DNA of 62,289 nucleotides, counting the filler, from Sluysia triapertura (Eukaryota): the NCBI GenBank assembly GCA_046118255.1. It is 5 parts of 5 records of this genome, joined end to end, with 100 filler letters (N's around TTAATTAATTAA, not from the genome) between each part and the next. Parts side by side here need not be neighbours in the genome. Positions count along the whole stretch, not along the records: positions 1 to 11,391 come from JBJNIA010185191.1; 4 more parts are not named here. The stretch is one strand, 5' to 3'. Below are positions 1 to 11,316 of this stretch, in pieces. The translations under genes and the position numbers were made by a program. Positions within the stretch are counted from its first letter, which is position 1. Each line of letters opens with the position of its first letter. The notes below the pieces were generated by a model, which ran no database searches, was not told the origin of the DNA, and saw nothing but the letters and a program-made list of their open reading frames with translations.

Positions 1-64
1 TTAATAATTTGAGTGTATTTTAAGACCTCTATTATTAGGGTCGGAACTTACAGGAAATAAGCTT

Positions 65-189
65 ACGTAATTATCTATCTCCGTAAATCAAATTAGTTTC
101 CAATGACGAGCGGTACTGGTGAACGTAATTATCTATCTCCTCGCAGATGAAATCAAATTAATTTCCAATGACGAGCGGTACTTGTAAAC
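65..189. repeat. Two imperfect tandem copies of a ~60-67 bp unit
   Basis: ACGTAATTATCTATCTCC...AAATCAAATTA-TTTCCAATGACGAGCGGTACT occurs at 65-122 and 123-189. Confidence 0.85.
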
Positions 190-319
190 TGCCAAATTGA
201 GTGTCGACCAAATTATTTGACGATAATTTTTCTCAACCTTTCAACTAAAACTTTTTCATTAATTCTGAATTCATTAATTATACCTTTTTATACGAGCTTA
301 TTTCCTTCCAAAACTTTAT

Positions 320-510
320 TAAACTTCCTTTATTTAAATATTTGTAAATTGAATAATTGAATGATTTTTCAAATTATGAATAAACTTCCTTTAAATAATT
401 TTCAAATATTTATGATTAATGAATAATTATAATTTTCAATTATTTATGATTAATGAATAATTTTCAAATTGTAAACTTCCTTTGAATAATTTTCAAATAT
501 TTATGATTAA
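320..510. repeat. Degenerate AT-rich tandem repeat
   Basis: AAACTTCCTTT and TTTTCAAATATTTATGATTAA recur about three times. Confidence 0.6.
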
Positions 511-3500
511 AATTAGTCGTTAATAAGTAAACATCCTTTAAATATTCAATTTGTTTTAAAAATAACTAAATCATAAATATTCTTTAAAGTTAAATAATTT
601 ACATTTTTTAATATTATTTTACTCTTTAATATTATTTTCTACAATTTAAACTAAATATTCTAAATATTATAAAATTCTTCTAAAACTACAATAATTCTTA
701 CAATGATCATATTTACAATTTAATATTTACACTTTATTTACAGTACCGACCCCGAAGGGAGTTTTACATTGAGATTTACAATTCAAAAAATGAAAATGAT
801 GTTTTCTAAACATCGTGTCACTTTCATATGCACAACAATCTATTGTATAGTCTGATGATAAAACCAAGGATAATAAATCATAGTTTAACTCATCGAATAA
901 TAAAAAACTATTAATAATTCTTAACACATTAAAAATCTTTTAAATAAAAAAACTAATATACATTAGAAATATTAAAAGAATAATCAGTAACTTTAAAATA
1001 AACTTTTACAAGTTCTGAGATCAAGAAATAAACAACTCAAAATGTTCTTAAATCAAAACAGAATGTAAAGAGCATGAAACTTACCACACATTTATTCCGT
1101 CAATTAAATTAGTTTATAATTAGAGGTTCTGAAGTATTTTCTGAAGGTAGAGATGGAAATGTAGATTTTCAGTAATTTATACAAAAATAAACTAGACATT
1201 AAAATATTAAGTTTAATATTTAATAGTAAAAATATAAATATGTATGATGTATAATGATAGGGTCTACACGTAGTCGAATATGTTTTAATGGATATATTTT
1301 TATTTGCAACTTACTCCACTAGAATTTTAAAGTGTCATTTAAAGTAGATATTACTATATTTGAAACCACATATTCTAAGTATACCTATGTTTAAAATCAA
1401 TTTCAAGAAGTAAAAAATCTCGTTTTATACAATATTTTCCACTGGTATTATATAATGGGCCAATAATTTTTTTTGAATTAATTTCTATTTTATGGCCAAT
1501 TTCTTTCGACAGTTAAAATCATATAAATGATTTTAATATACGTATTTTCATAATAATATTGCCGACTTCTTTTATATATTAGTTAATTTTTTGCCGTAAT
1601 AGTGATTTTGTCAATTTATTCATTTAATGCTTATATGTTGGTTTGTAATAGTTTTATTTTCATTTTTATTTTAATAAAATTGTATGGTACTTTCGTTTAA
1701 TTTATAGCCTCTTCTACTTGCTAATTAAGCATGATGAATACTATCCATTTTATCTTCCTTTTTTTAATTTCTTTCAAGTTTAATGCATTTTTGATTTCAT
1801 ACATCTAAGCTGTCTCTCTGAAGCTATCGAGAATATTAAGATTCTTTAAGTTTCTTTAATCATTTACATATTTTAAATTATAAAAATTTAATTTTTCTTT
1901 AAATTATAAATTATTTTAAGATAAATTATTTTATTTTAAAATTTATTTATCACATGTATTGATCATAGATATTAATAATTTTATTACGCATTATCTTTCA
2001 ATATTTCAGATATCCTACGCAAATGTTAGTTTTTTAAAAATTATATGTAACATTTCCTTGTTGAAAATTTCTGATAAAATCAGGATGAGCATTTTATACT
2101 ATTATATTATACTATTATATACTATTATGAGTTCGTTTGAAAAGTTCATGTGTTCCAAATACATAATTTTATGTTTATGACATAAATGAATTATTAAAGT
2201 CAAATTAGAATTGGAAATCAATGAATATAAAGTATTTACGATTATAATACATTTACAAGAATACAAAAATCAATTTTTTACAATTCTTTATCTCTTTTCA
2301 TTTCATTTCTAGTTGATTTCTTTGGATTCAATTCAATTTATACGTTGCATTTCAACTCAATTTATCTCATTCACGATTTTCATAATAAATCTTAGTACAA
2401 AATAATATACAGTACCCTAATAACCTTGCAGTTTATAGTTATTATTAAAGTGCTGGTAGCCATGTTCAAATTAGTTTTTAGAACGAAATAAATCAATTTG
2501 AATAAATGTAAAATAGACACTAAGGTAATGAATGCATTTCAATGAAATACGTCCAGTGGTAGCCCAAACCATTACCAATAATTTTATTGTATCTGAAACA
2601 TCAAATAACATTCAATATTCATTATTACATAATACATATTTCGCCATCCCAAATCTTTCACTCACCTGCAAAACATTAATACGTTTTATTTTACAAGTAA
2701 AATAATTTGTAAAACATTGTTTAACTTACTTTATTTAAATTACATTTCCTATATTCGGTAATACAAATGTAGCCAATAGTATATCATTTGTTAATATAAT
2801 AATAGCGAAAGAAACTATTCTTGGATATTTTTACATGTCTGTTATAATATGTACTGATGTTAGATTATTCATGTCAATTATTTTTATTAATGCTTTACAA
2901 CAATTATTATCAAACGAATCCCGATATAAATTGGTAGTATTAAGCTTTCTAAATCATACATGATGAACAATGAATTAAAAGACATTATTGCAAGGCAAAC
3001 AATATATTACAAGAAAACAATTACAAAAAATATTCCAAGTTATTTTTTAGATTTAGCGTTCTCTGTGTTATACCATTCATGCTTACGTTGTTTTTTATTA
3101 ATTTTTTCGGTTCAATTATCCCAATAAATTGCAATTCATTGGTTTCGCTAGGTTTAAACCGGCATTAAATTTAATTCAAAATTTTAAATGAGGAAAAATT
3201 AAACAAAATTATGTAAATATTAAAAAATTATGAAAATTTGTATATTGATGTTAGTAAAAATCTATAAAATTGCATTAAATTAGTAAATATTAAAATTATA
3301 AAATTGTATATATTAGTATTATTTTAATTTGTAGATATCTCAAAAAACTATAAATCATTATCATTAAATACAACAATTATTTAGTTTTAATAACTTAGAA
3401 AAATAATAAAAAAATAAAGATTTTGGAATGCAATTTATTAGAACTGATTTGGAGAACCAAATTATATTAATTGGATCGACTGTCAAATTTGGAAAACAAT

Positions 3501-4135
3501 ATTTCATCGAATTATTTATCGTCAGAATTTAGTAAAATAATAATTATTAAGTTAAGCTTTAATAAATTTAGCTTCAAAGTCAGACTTAAATTCATTTAAC
3601 CTTTGCAACCCAAGTATTAAGCCTGGGTTAAAATCTGAACTAAATTTCATATTTAACAAACAGAAATCATTTCTCTTGTTTCATTTGTTATTATTATTAT
3701 TATTATTATTATATTTGTTTATTGTCTTTATTGTTAGTTCGTTAATTGTTATAATAGAAAAATATAAAATAAAGTAAAAAATTTTTTTGTTGTTAATTGA
3801 ATTATACGATTTTAATAAAGAAATATTTAGAATTAAATTGTTGTTAATTAGAATTACGATAGAATTACACGATTTTCGACATATTTAGAAGTACATATAA
3901 TTTAATAAATTATTGACTGATTATTTAATCAAGACGAAGAATTAAATAAATTTAATTTAATATCAAAAGACCCTGTTATTAAATAATTTCATTTGCAAGA
4001 GTAAGCCAACTTTTTTCGTAGTTATTTTCTGTGGATACGTCTACTTTATGTTATAAACCGTATACCGCAGACGAACCCGAATTAAAAAAAATTAAATTGT
4101 TAGGTTAAAAAAACAAGAAAAAATCTAGCAATTTT

Positions 4136-4153
4136 TGGCACCCGAATTGAGAC
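4136..4153 (+). promoter_or_regulatory. Primer-binding site, tRNA-Lys(UUU)-like
   Basis: TGGCACCCGAATTGAGAC matches 14/18 to the canonical Lys3 PBS TGGCGCCCGAACAGGGAC. It lies 5 nt after a CA (4129-4130, putative LTR end) and about 300 nt before gag. Confidence 0.7.
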
Positions 4154-4430
4154 GATTTGACATTAAAAGATTAAGGTAAGTTTTAAAGCATTTAAGTAGT
4201 TGAACTATTTTTATTGTTGGATTTTTGTAAATTTAACTACACTTCGTTGTAAGGATTGATATAATTGATAAAGAAAATAGGAGTGGACTACGTAGGGTTA
4301 ATTCATTAGAAAATATTAAAAGTAAAACTAGGAAAACTAAGCCAAATAAGAAAAATATGAAGAAACTTTATGAGATTTAAGAAAATGTATACAAAATATT
4401 TCAGTAAACATTACACACGCAGCTATTTTC

Positions 4431-4860
4431 CAGGATATGCGTAAGTTTAATGGAAATGAAGAAGAATTATGCGATTTTCTTTTCGAATATGACAGTGTTG
4501 CAGAAGCCAACGGTTGGTCAGAAATAGATAAGATTAAGAGGTTTCAGAATTACTTAACTGGAGTCGAAATTCAGACACATAAAGAGATTGAATAAGAGAA
4601 AAAACAAGAAATTGCTTGGATGATATAGGTAAATATTAAGAAACAAAAAGATGACGGGACAGTTTATGAATTCGCTTGCGCGTTAAAATGTTTAGTAGTT
4701 AGAGCTAAGATATCTCATGTTAAGAAAGAGCCAATATTAATAGACAAATTTAAAAATGGTTTAAGACCTGAATTACAAGTATTTGTAAGTTTGATAGATA
4801 ATCAGCCGTTCAAAGAAGTAGTAAAGAAATTAAGGGATATTGAAAGATCTCAGAAAGAAA
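4431..4860 (+). pseudogene. gag: gag capsid domain (retrotransposon gag), disrupted
   Basis: Manual translation: MRKFNGNEEELCDFLFEYDSVAEANGWSEIDKIKRFQNYLTG...KQKDDGTVYEFACALKCLVVRA...LIDKFKNGLRPELQ, with two in-frame stops and no zinc knuckle seen. Confidence 0.85.
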
Positions 4861-5650
4861 CTAAAGTCACAAAAAGGAAAAGGCAACATAAATTATATAG
4901 ATAACAAGGTTTGGTTGCTCCATTACTTCCACTAGAGGAAGGTGTATTTGGCAGATTAATGGGAGAAGTATTATACACTTATAAGTCTAAGAAAGTGGAA
5001 GCCCAAATGAGACCGGCAACCGAATGTACAAATGACTACCAATAATGTACGAAAAAATAGAAACTTATTTAGAACCTGTAACAAGGGTTATATTTCCTAC
5101 TGATAAAATTAAACTGAAAATAATGCACTGTTCAAATGTGATGGCTCGGAATCTAGGATAGATGAAAATTTATGGATTTCACTACCACAAAGAACTCAAG
5201 TTAAAGTACCGAAATTATTGGATTAACGGAACTAAAAGGAAAATTAAAATTCTTGGGTATTAAAACATAAGTATTCAGACATCTATACAAATGAAGATAT
5301 ACAAGCGGCATGGCAAGAGATACTGTTCCCTATAAAAGGATCAAAGGTATTAACGGATATAGTAGATAAGGCAACAGTAGAAAAAGACGGAAGGATAAAT
5401 TTTGAATTATTATTAGGCCCGGATCATTTTAAGAAATCCGCGCAAAATACACTAAAACAAATTTGGGGTAGTTTTCTGATTTTGAGTCAAGCCTCTTCAG
5501 GATTAATTGGTATCTACATTATAATTAAGGTGATAGCATTAATAATATCTCAAGTTTTCTCTGTAGTAGGAATTTATGAGATTTCAGGTTTTGCAGGAAA
5601 ATTAATAATAGGTTGTTTTCCATTTTTGGCAAAATATCTTCTACGTCATC
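4861..5650 (+). pseudogene. C-terminal half of a chuvirus-like/class III (gB-type) envelope glycoprotein, frameshifted
   Basis: Reconstructed peptide GVFGRLMGEVLYTYKSKKVEAQMRPATECTNxLPIMYEKIETYLEPVTRVI...CSNVM...WISLP...DIYTNEDIQAAWQEILFP...KQIWGSFLILSQASSGLIGIYIIIKVIALIISQVFSVVGIYEISGF. It parallels the chuvirus-type G pattern as I remember it (AGEVIHIIKC..ECY.ELPV..FL.P.T.IL; GIYT.EDL....IMFP; WGKFL.FG.ASAG.IGI..II). Confidence 0.72.
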
Positions 5651-5850
5651 ACGAAAATTCACAAATAAACGCATTAAGAAAAGAAATAACACGAACCGAA
5701 AATGAAAATGTGGTATTACAAACAATTCAAAATGATGAAAATGAAGACATTAAAGAATTAAAGGAAAATCTTAAAAGATCCCCAGCAGCACCAATACCAA
5801 ATGTAGTATATATGATAATATGTGCAATTAATAACTATAATAATTCTAAA

Positions 5851-6160
5851 AGGCCAATAACCAATGCCAAAATCAATGGAAGAACAATTTCGGCATTAAT
5901 AGATACAGGAGCAGTGGCATCCTTAATTAATGAAAATCAATTAACAAAAGAAGAACAAAGAAATCTTGGAAATCATTTTTCTCATTTATCAGGAGTTACT
6001 GGAGACGCTATTCACATCGTAGGAGTAATGAAAGCTTTATGCGAGATAGGGCTGAATAATGTTGAAGTAAAATTAAGAGTAAAATTAAAATTGGGAATGG
6101 ATATATTATCACAACTAAAAGGAGTAATACTGGATTTTGACAGTGTCAAACTAATGGATA
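5851..6160 (+). pseudogene. Retroviral-type aspartic protease (PR1), in frame with the glycoprotein TM region
   Basis: INGRTISALIDTGA (DTG at 5902-5910) and LGMDIL; the frame is open from 5248 to 6312. Confidence 0.9.
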
Positions 6161-6599
6161 TTTATTCAAAAAGAACTATTGACGACGACGACGTTTATGC
6201 CGATGAACCATTATGGTTGTTGAGTAGGACAGAGTATATAATGCTAGCAAAGACAAATAGCTCACTAACCGGTCGAATCATGTTCATAGCTTCAGAAATT
6301 AATCAAGAATAATTGGATTAGGTATCGCGGACCCAATCTGTAACAATTGCGAAGGAAAGATACCCGTTCGAATTATAAACGATACAGGAACCAAATTAGG
6401 AAGAATTGTTAATTATAAAATAAAGACACATATTAACACAATAAAATTACAACGCGATATACTAGAGGAGGATTACGGAGAAATTCAAATTAACAATAAA
6501 AATTTAACTAAGAGACAAGAGGAACAACTATACGAAATTATATATCGCTATCCAAGAGCAATTTCAAAGAACAAATATGATATCGGGGACTCCATAATC

Positions 6600-7270
6600 A
6601 TTAAACATGAAATACCATTAACAGAAGATAAGGTAATTCGGAGAAAACCTTATAGAATTCTTGTTTGCAATCAAAAGGAAATGCAAGATCAGATCGATAC
6701 TATGAAAAAGGCTGGAGTAATAATACCAAGCTTTTCTCCATTTTCATTACCGGCATTTCTAGTTAAAAAGAAGGACGGAACGATGCGATTTCAGAAACGA
6801 AATGTTGGACAAACTAGGAAATGCTACTTACTTTACAACTTCAGACTTACAAAGCGGATATTGGCAAATTGAGACAGCAGAGAAATATAAACACAAAACG
6901 GCATTTACATGTGGGAATGAGTTATATGAATGTGAAAAAATGCCATTTGGCTTAACTGGCGCACCATCAACTTTCCAACGTTGTATGAATTTTGTACTAT
7001 CAGGAATAAGAATGTCATGGTCTACATAGATGATATAATATTTTCAAAGGATTTTAAAACTCATTTAGATGATATGGATAATATCTTAAACAGGTTAGAA
7101 GTCACCAGACTCAAAATAAAGCCTACAAAATGTGTATGGGCAAAAGGAAAAGTCGAATTCTTGGGATACATAGTATCTAAGGATGGTATTAAACCTAATC
7201 CAAGAAACGTTGAGAAAGTAGTTAAATTCTTACAACCAGATAGCGTTAAAAAATTCAAAGTTTCTTAGGT
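6600..7270 (+). pseudogene. pol: Reverse transcriptase, frameshifted and internally deleted
   Basis: VKKKDGTMRF, DLQSGYWQI, KTAF, MPFGLTGAPSTFQRCM, YIDD (7023-7034), KC..VEFLGY; the CVDYR segment is missing. Confidence 0.95.
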
Positions 7271-7804
7271 TTAGCCAACTACTACAGAAGATTTGTCAAG
7301 AATTTTGCCAAAATTGCACAACCTCTTAGGAAATTAACAAAGAAAAATGTAGAATTTAAATGGACAGACGAACAGACCAAAGCGTTTAAGGAATTGAAAG
7401 AGCATCTCACTTCAGCACCAATACTAATCTTTCCTGATGTTAGTAAACCGTTTATACTAACTACAGACGCTAGCAATTATGCCATAGGCGCAATTCTAGG
7501 TCAAAAAGATAAAAATAATCGCGAAGCATATGCCAGTCGAAGACTTAATAAAGCAGAAATGAATTACTCAACTGTGGAAAGAGAATGTCTAGCGATTGTA
7601 TATGCATGCAAGTTGTTCAGACACTATTTGCTAGGACAGAAAGTTTACTTATATACTGATCACAAACCTTTAACGTATTTGTACAATCACCGAGACGAAG
7701 TTAGTAGACTTAACAGATGGTTTAATAAATTATCAGAATTTAATCTAGAAATTGTTTATAAACCTGGTAGTTTAAATATGGGACTGACTGTATGTCTAGA
7801 CTAA
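7271..7804 (+). pseudogene. pol: RT connection and RNase H domain
   Basis: PFILTTDASNYAIGAILGQ, YASRRL, NYSTVERECLAIV, YTDHKPL. Confidence 0.93.
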
Positions 7805-7844
7805 TAATGCGGACGATAAATGAAATATCAATTTAATACAGATC

Positions 7845-9060
7845 ATGTCAGTATCGGGAAAATTGCAGAATTCTGAAGAGATTATTAAACATCAGAGAGA
7901 AGATAAAGAAATTTCAACTATTTTAGAAGCATTACAAGCAAGTAGATTAGCCATTATGGATGGGATATTAAAATTTAAAAATAATAAAGATGAGTGGAAA
8001 ACTATCACTCCAGAATCATTAATTATACCAATATTGATACAATTCCATGATGGTCAACTGGGAGGCCATCTTTCAACAAGAAAGACTTTATCAAGAATTG
8101 GAAAACATGGAATTAGATATTAGAAAATGGTACAAGGATTGTTCAATATGCTATCGAAGAAAAAAATACCGGACAAAGGACAAAGGTACCGATGAAACCT
8201 ATGCCAGTACCATTGTCACTAATGGAATTTATGGCTATGGACATAATGGGTCCCCTTCCAGAGACTATTAGTGGAAACAAATATATAATTGTATTTGACG
8301 ACTATTTAACAAAATGGCCCGAAGCTTATCCAATGTCCAATCAAAAGGCTGAAACAGTAGCACAAATACTAGTGGAAAAGATAATATATAGATATGGAAC
8401 TCCTAGAAATTTGCTAACAGATCAAGGAACAAACTTTACTAGCTATGTAATCAAGTCAGTAGGTAAAATCTTTAATATTCTTAAAATTTATACACCTTAT
8501 CACCCGTAAACTGATAGCCGAGTGGAACTTTTTAACAAAACTCTTATCAGTATGATTAAGTCATACGTAAACGACAGACAAACTGATTGGGATTTGTACA
8601 TCGCACCATGTCTTTTTGCATATAGAAGTTCAGTACATCCGTCAACTAACTTTACCCCCTTTTATTTAATGTATGGAAGGCATTCTAATATGCCAGTGGA
8701 TTTGGAATGGGTTCCACCCATTTCACAGTATTTGGAAATTCCGGAATATGTAACTATAATGAGAGAACAATTGCAAGACGCTTGGAAACGAGCAGGTCTA
8801 CAAATTAAATATTCTCAAGAAATATATAAGGACACATACGACAAACAGCAAAAGAACATACATTTAAAATAGGAGACGAGGTATTAATAGACTATCCAGT
8901 AACTAAACCTGGTCAATCACCTAAGTTACATAGACCTTTTAAAGGACCTTATCTTATAACAAAAGTCACTGATACAAACGTGTTTGTTAAAGATCCTAAT
9001 AAAGTTAATTCGGAAACATTTGTAGTACACGTTAATAGATGTAAAATGGCACCAAAAGAG
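7845..9060 (+). pseudogene. pol: Integrase (HHCC, DDE core, GPY/F), frameshifted
   Basis: HDGQLGGHLS..CSIC; MDIMGPLP; DYLTKWPEAYP; TDQGTNFTS; TPYHP; FKIGDEVL...FKGPYLITKV (about 8863-8970). Confidence 0.93.
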
Positions 9061-9189
9061 GAATATAATTTAAGAAATAGAAAAGTACAAAAATCTAAAT
9101 TGAAAGTTCAACCAAGAAACAAAGATCAAGATAAACCGCCTTCAGTTCAATCATTGCGAAATAAACAAGTGGTATTTATGATGCGTTCC

Positions 9190-9540
9190 CATGGAAATGA
9201 CCTGGCCCGTATAATGCAAAACTTGCGGTTTAACGGGCGATGGGTTAGAGCAATTGTAGATACCGGTGCTACTATTACAGTGGTTCATAAAAATTTCTTA
9301 ACTACTTGGGAATCAGTATTCTTAAATAGACCAAGTTCAATAACATATAATGTTAATCAAACACCTATAAATATCAATGGAACGCTATTATGCTACATAG
9401 AAGTATTAGGACAGTATGTACAAACTCTAGTAAATGTTTGGGATAATAGCCCATACGAATTAATATTAGGTATGGATGTTATTAATAAATTAGAAGATAT
9501 GGTCATTCACAGCAAATACGGATTTATAAAAATACCACCA
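9190..9540 (+). CDS. Second retropepsin-like aspartic protease (PR2) downstream of integrase
   Basis: FNGRWVRAIVDTGATITVV (DTG at 9259-9267) and ELILGMDVI, in the same open frame as the integrase GPY/F tail (ORF 8980-9630). Confidence 0.85.
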
Positions 9541-9687
9541 GGATCAAATATGATCATTCCCCAACTAATAGTTCCACAAGTTGGTGATGAATTAACCTTA
9601 TATCGAATGCCTATGTCAAATCCACCATAACAAGTTCCAGACTTACCTTTATCTGATATTGTCGAATCTACACTTCATTTATCAGAT

Positions 9688-10446
9688 GTGTCTTGGGCAT
9701 CACCATCGACAATTACATCAGAGGAGAATTCGGATTCAGGAATCAGTTCAGATGTTCAGGATACCGTAATGATAATGGCCAATATAAGAAAAAGAAATTG
9801 TTCTGAGAAAATAATTTGTTGGATTTCTATTTTAATTATGATTTTTCTGTCACTTATGACTAATGTTATGGCAACAGAAACAGACGAGGAATACAAGAAT
9901 ATGAATATTGCTACAAATCATGGCAGGGAACAGAAAATAATTATCACCGATATATATAACCAATATTGGAAATTTGAGTTTATTTCCAAGAAAATGATTC
10001 TGCGACATAAATTTGAAATTTATTGTATCTATTTAAAGCCATTACTAGTGGGGACACCACATCATTTAAACGGTATCCCACATTGTCTGCATTATGCATA
10101 TAGACATATGCTAATAACTTTTTCTATAGACACTCCAAGAAATACACGAGATATTCGGAAATTTATCAAACAAATAGATCATTTGAAAAATGAGGAAACA
10201 ACGAAAATACAAACAATCTTCTCCAATTATGGTACAACTACTAAACAGATACGTAATTTAACTAAGTCAACTATAGGAGTTACCACGACACACTCTTATA
10301 ATCTTTTTATAATGTTACTAATTTTTACGTTACTATACATATTTTGGACTATATTCTATGTGTACCAAATAGGTAAGAAGATACGAGTTCCAGTAAATAA
10401 TAAAAATCTTATACCTTTTAAAGTGTGGAGGGCAATATATTTTTAA
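9688..10446 (+). CDS. Membrane protein ORF of unknown family at the env position
   Basis: Signal-like segment ICWISILIMIFLSLMTNVMA-TE, about 140-aa putative ectodomain, TM LFIMLLIFTLLYIFWTIFYVY. Same frame as PR2, separated only by one TAA (9628-9630). Confidence 0.6.
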   Translation: MSWASPSTITSEENSDSGISSDVQDTVMIMANIRKRNCSEKIICWISILIMIFLSLMTNVMATETDEEYKNMNIATNHGREQKIIITDIYNQYWKFEFISKKMILRHKFEIYCIYLKPLLVGTPHHLNGIPHCLHYAYRHMLITFSIDTPRNTRDIRKFIKQIDHLKNEETTKIQTIFSNYGTTTKQIRNLTKSTIGVTTTHSYNLFIMLLIFTLLYIFWTIFYVYQIGKKIRVPVNNKNLIPFKVWRAIYF

Positions 10447-11316
10447 TTTTATTTTTTATGTTATAATTTATGTTATAATTTTTTATTAATTTGACTTTAT
10501 TCCTTATTTCATAAATGTTTAACTTTAAAAAAACAATTTTAACTTTAAAAAAACAATTAAACAACTTTAATTTAAATTTTAACAATAAGGGCTTAAGGCC
10601 CGAAATGATTAAGAATGAACAAGTAATTAAAACATTAAAATAAACTGCAAGGTTTATTAACAATAAATTCAAATAAAAATATAATAGATATAAGGTTTCA
10701 AATAAGAACGAAATAAACAATAAACATTGAACAAATAATGATGGAATACCAACTACTTTGTTTTCTTCAGAAGTCTTTTTGAAATAATCTGCATTTGTCT
10801 TTTGTTGCCATTCTTTTTTGACCTTCCAATTAGAAGTATCGGTATTCTTTTCTACCACCCAAACGATATCTCCTTCTTTAAATTCTGTTTCTTCTATAGA
10901 ACAATCCACTAGAATATATCTTAGAATTGATTATTTGGCTTCAATTATTTCACTAAGATTAACCGTCAGCAAAAGTGATTCTTGATATTTGTTTATAATT
11001 CGTTCAAAACTATTAGTTTCGTGTTCTGTACTTTCCGATGAATCCGATTGATTGCATAAAAAATATTTATTTAAAAATTCAATAGTTAAATCACAAAATT
11101 CCATTTTACAAACGAATTGATGATAATCACAAGCTGTTTTTGAATGAACTTGCAAACATGTATCTCCAATACATACTTCAGTTACATCATGAGAACAAGG
11201 ATCATCCATAATCGCGTCACATGGATCTAGAAATACACCATTTGACCAAATGTAGACATCATCACAGTCACATTTAAATTTAGTCAAATCAATATATCCA
11301 GAATTTGAAAAATTAC
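10418..11316 (-). pseudogene. Antisense Cys-rich ORF of unknown family, one internal stop, 5' end cut by an insertion
   Basis: ORFs 10931-11287 and 10418-10909 share a frame and are separated by a single TAA; CDCDD..DPCD..DPCS..VCIGDTC..ACDY..VCKMEFC. The part below about 10700 is likely AT-rich run-through. Confidence 0.4.
10420..10435 (+). promoter_or_regulatory. Degenerate polypurine tract candidate
   Basis: AAAGTGTGGAGGGCAA follows a T-run at the end of the last ORF, the usual PPT position; it is not purely purine. Confidence 0.4.

Larger units (their letters stand above)
3748..10446 (+). mobile_element. Decayed Ty3/gypsy LTR retrotransposon with atypical cargo (gag, viral glycoprotein remnant, PR, RT, RH, IN, second PR, membrane ORF)
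   Basis: Domain order PR-RT-RH-IN is gypsy-type; PBS at 4136; many stops and frameshifts. The 5' boundary is approximate and no matching LTR pair could be aligned. Confidence 0.9.

Noticed and set aside
65-189. CRISPR-like array
   Set aside because: Only two adjacent imperfect copies, no unique spacers, no cas genes, and a eukaryotic context.
3710-4130. Matching 5'/3' LTR pair with sequence after 10437
   Set aside because: Only AT-rich chance similarity; no alignable LTR pair or TSD could be shown.
5525-7476. Short minus-strand ORFs inside the retrotransposon
   Set aside because: They are shadow frames of the plus-strand coding sequence.
10589-10605. GGGCTTAAGGCCC-GAAA as hammerhead ribozyme stem II
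   Set aside because: The required CUGANGA core is absent upstream (CAATAA instead).
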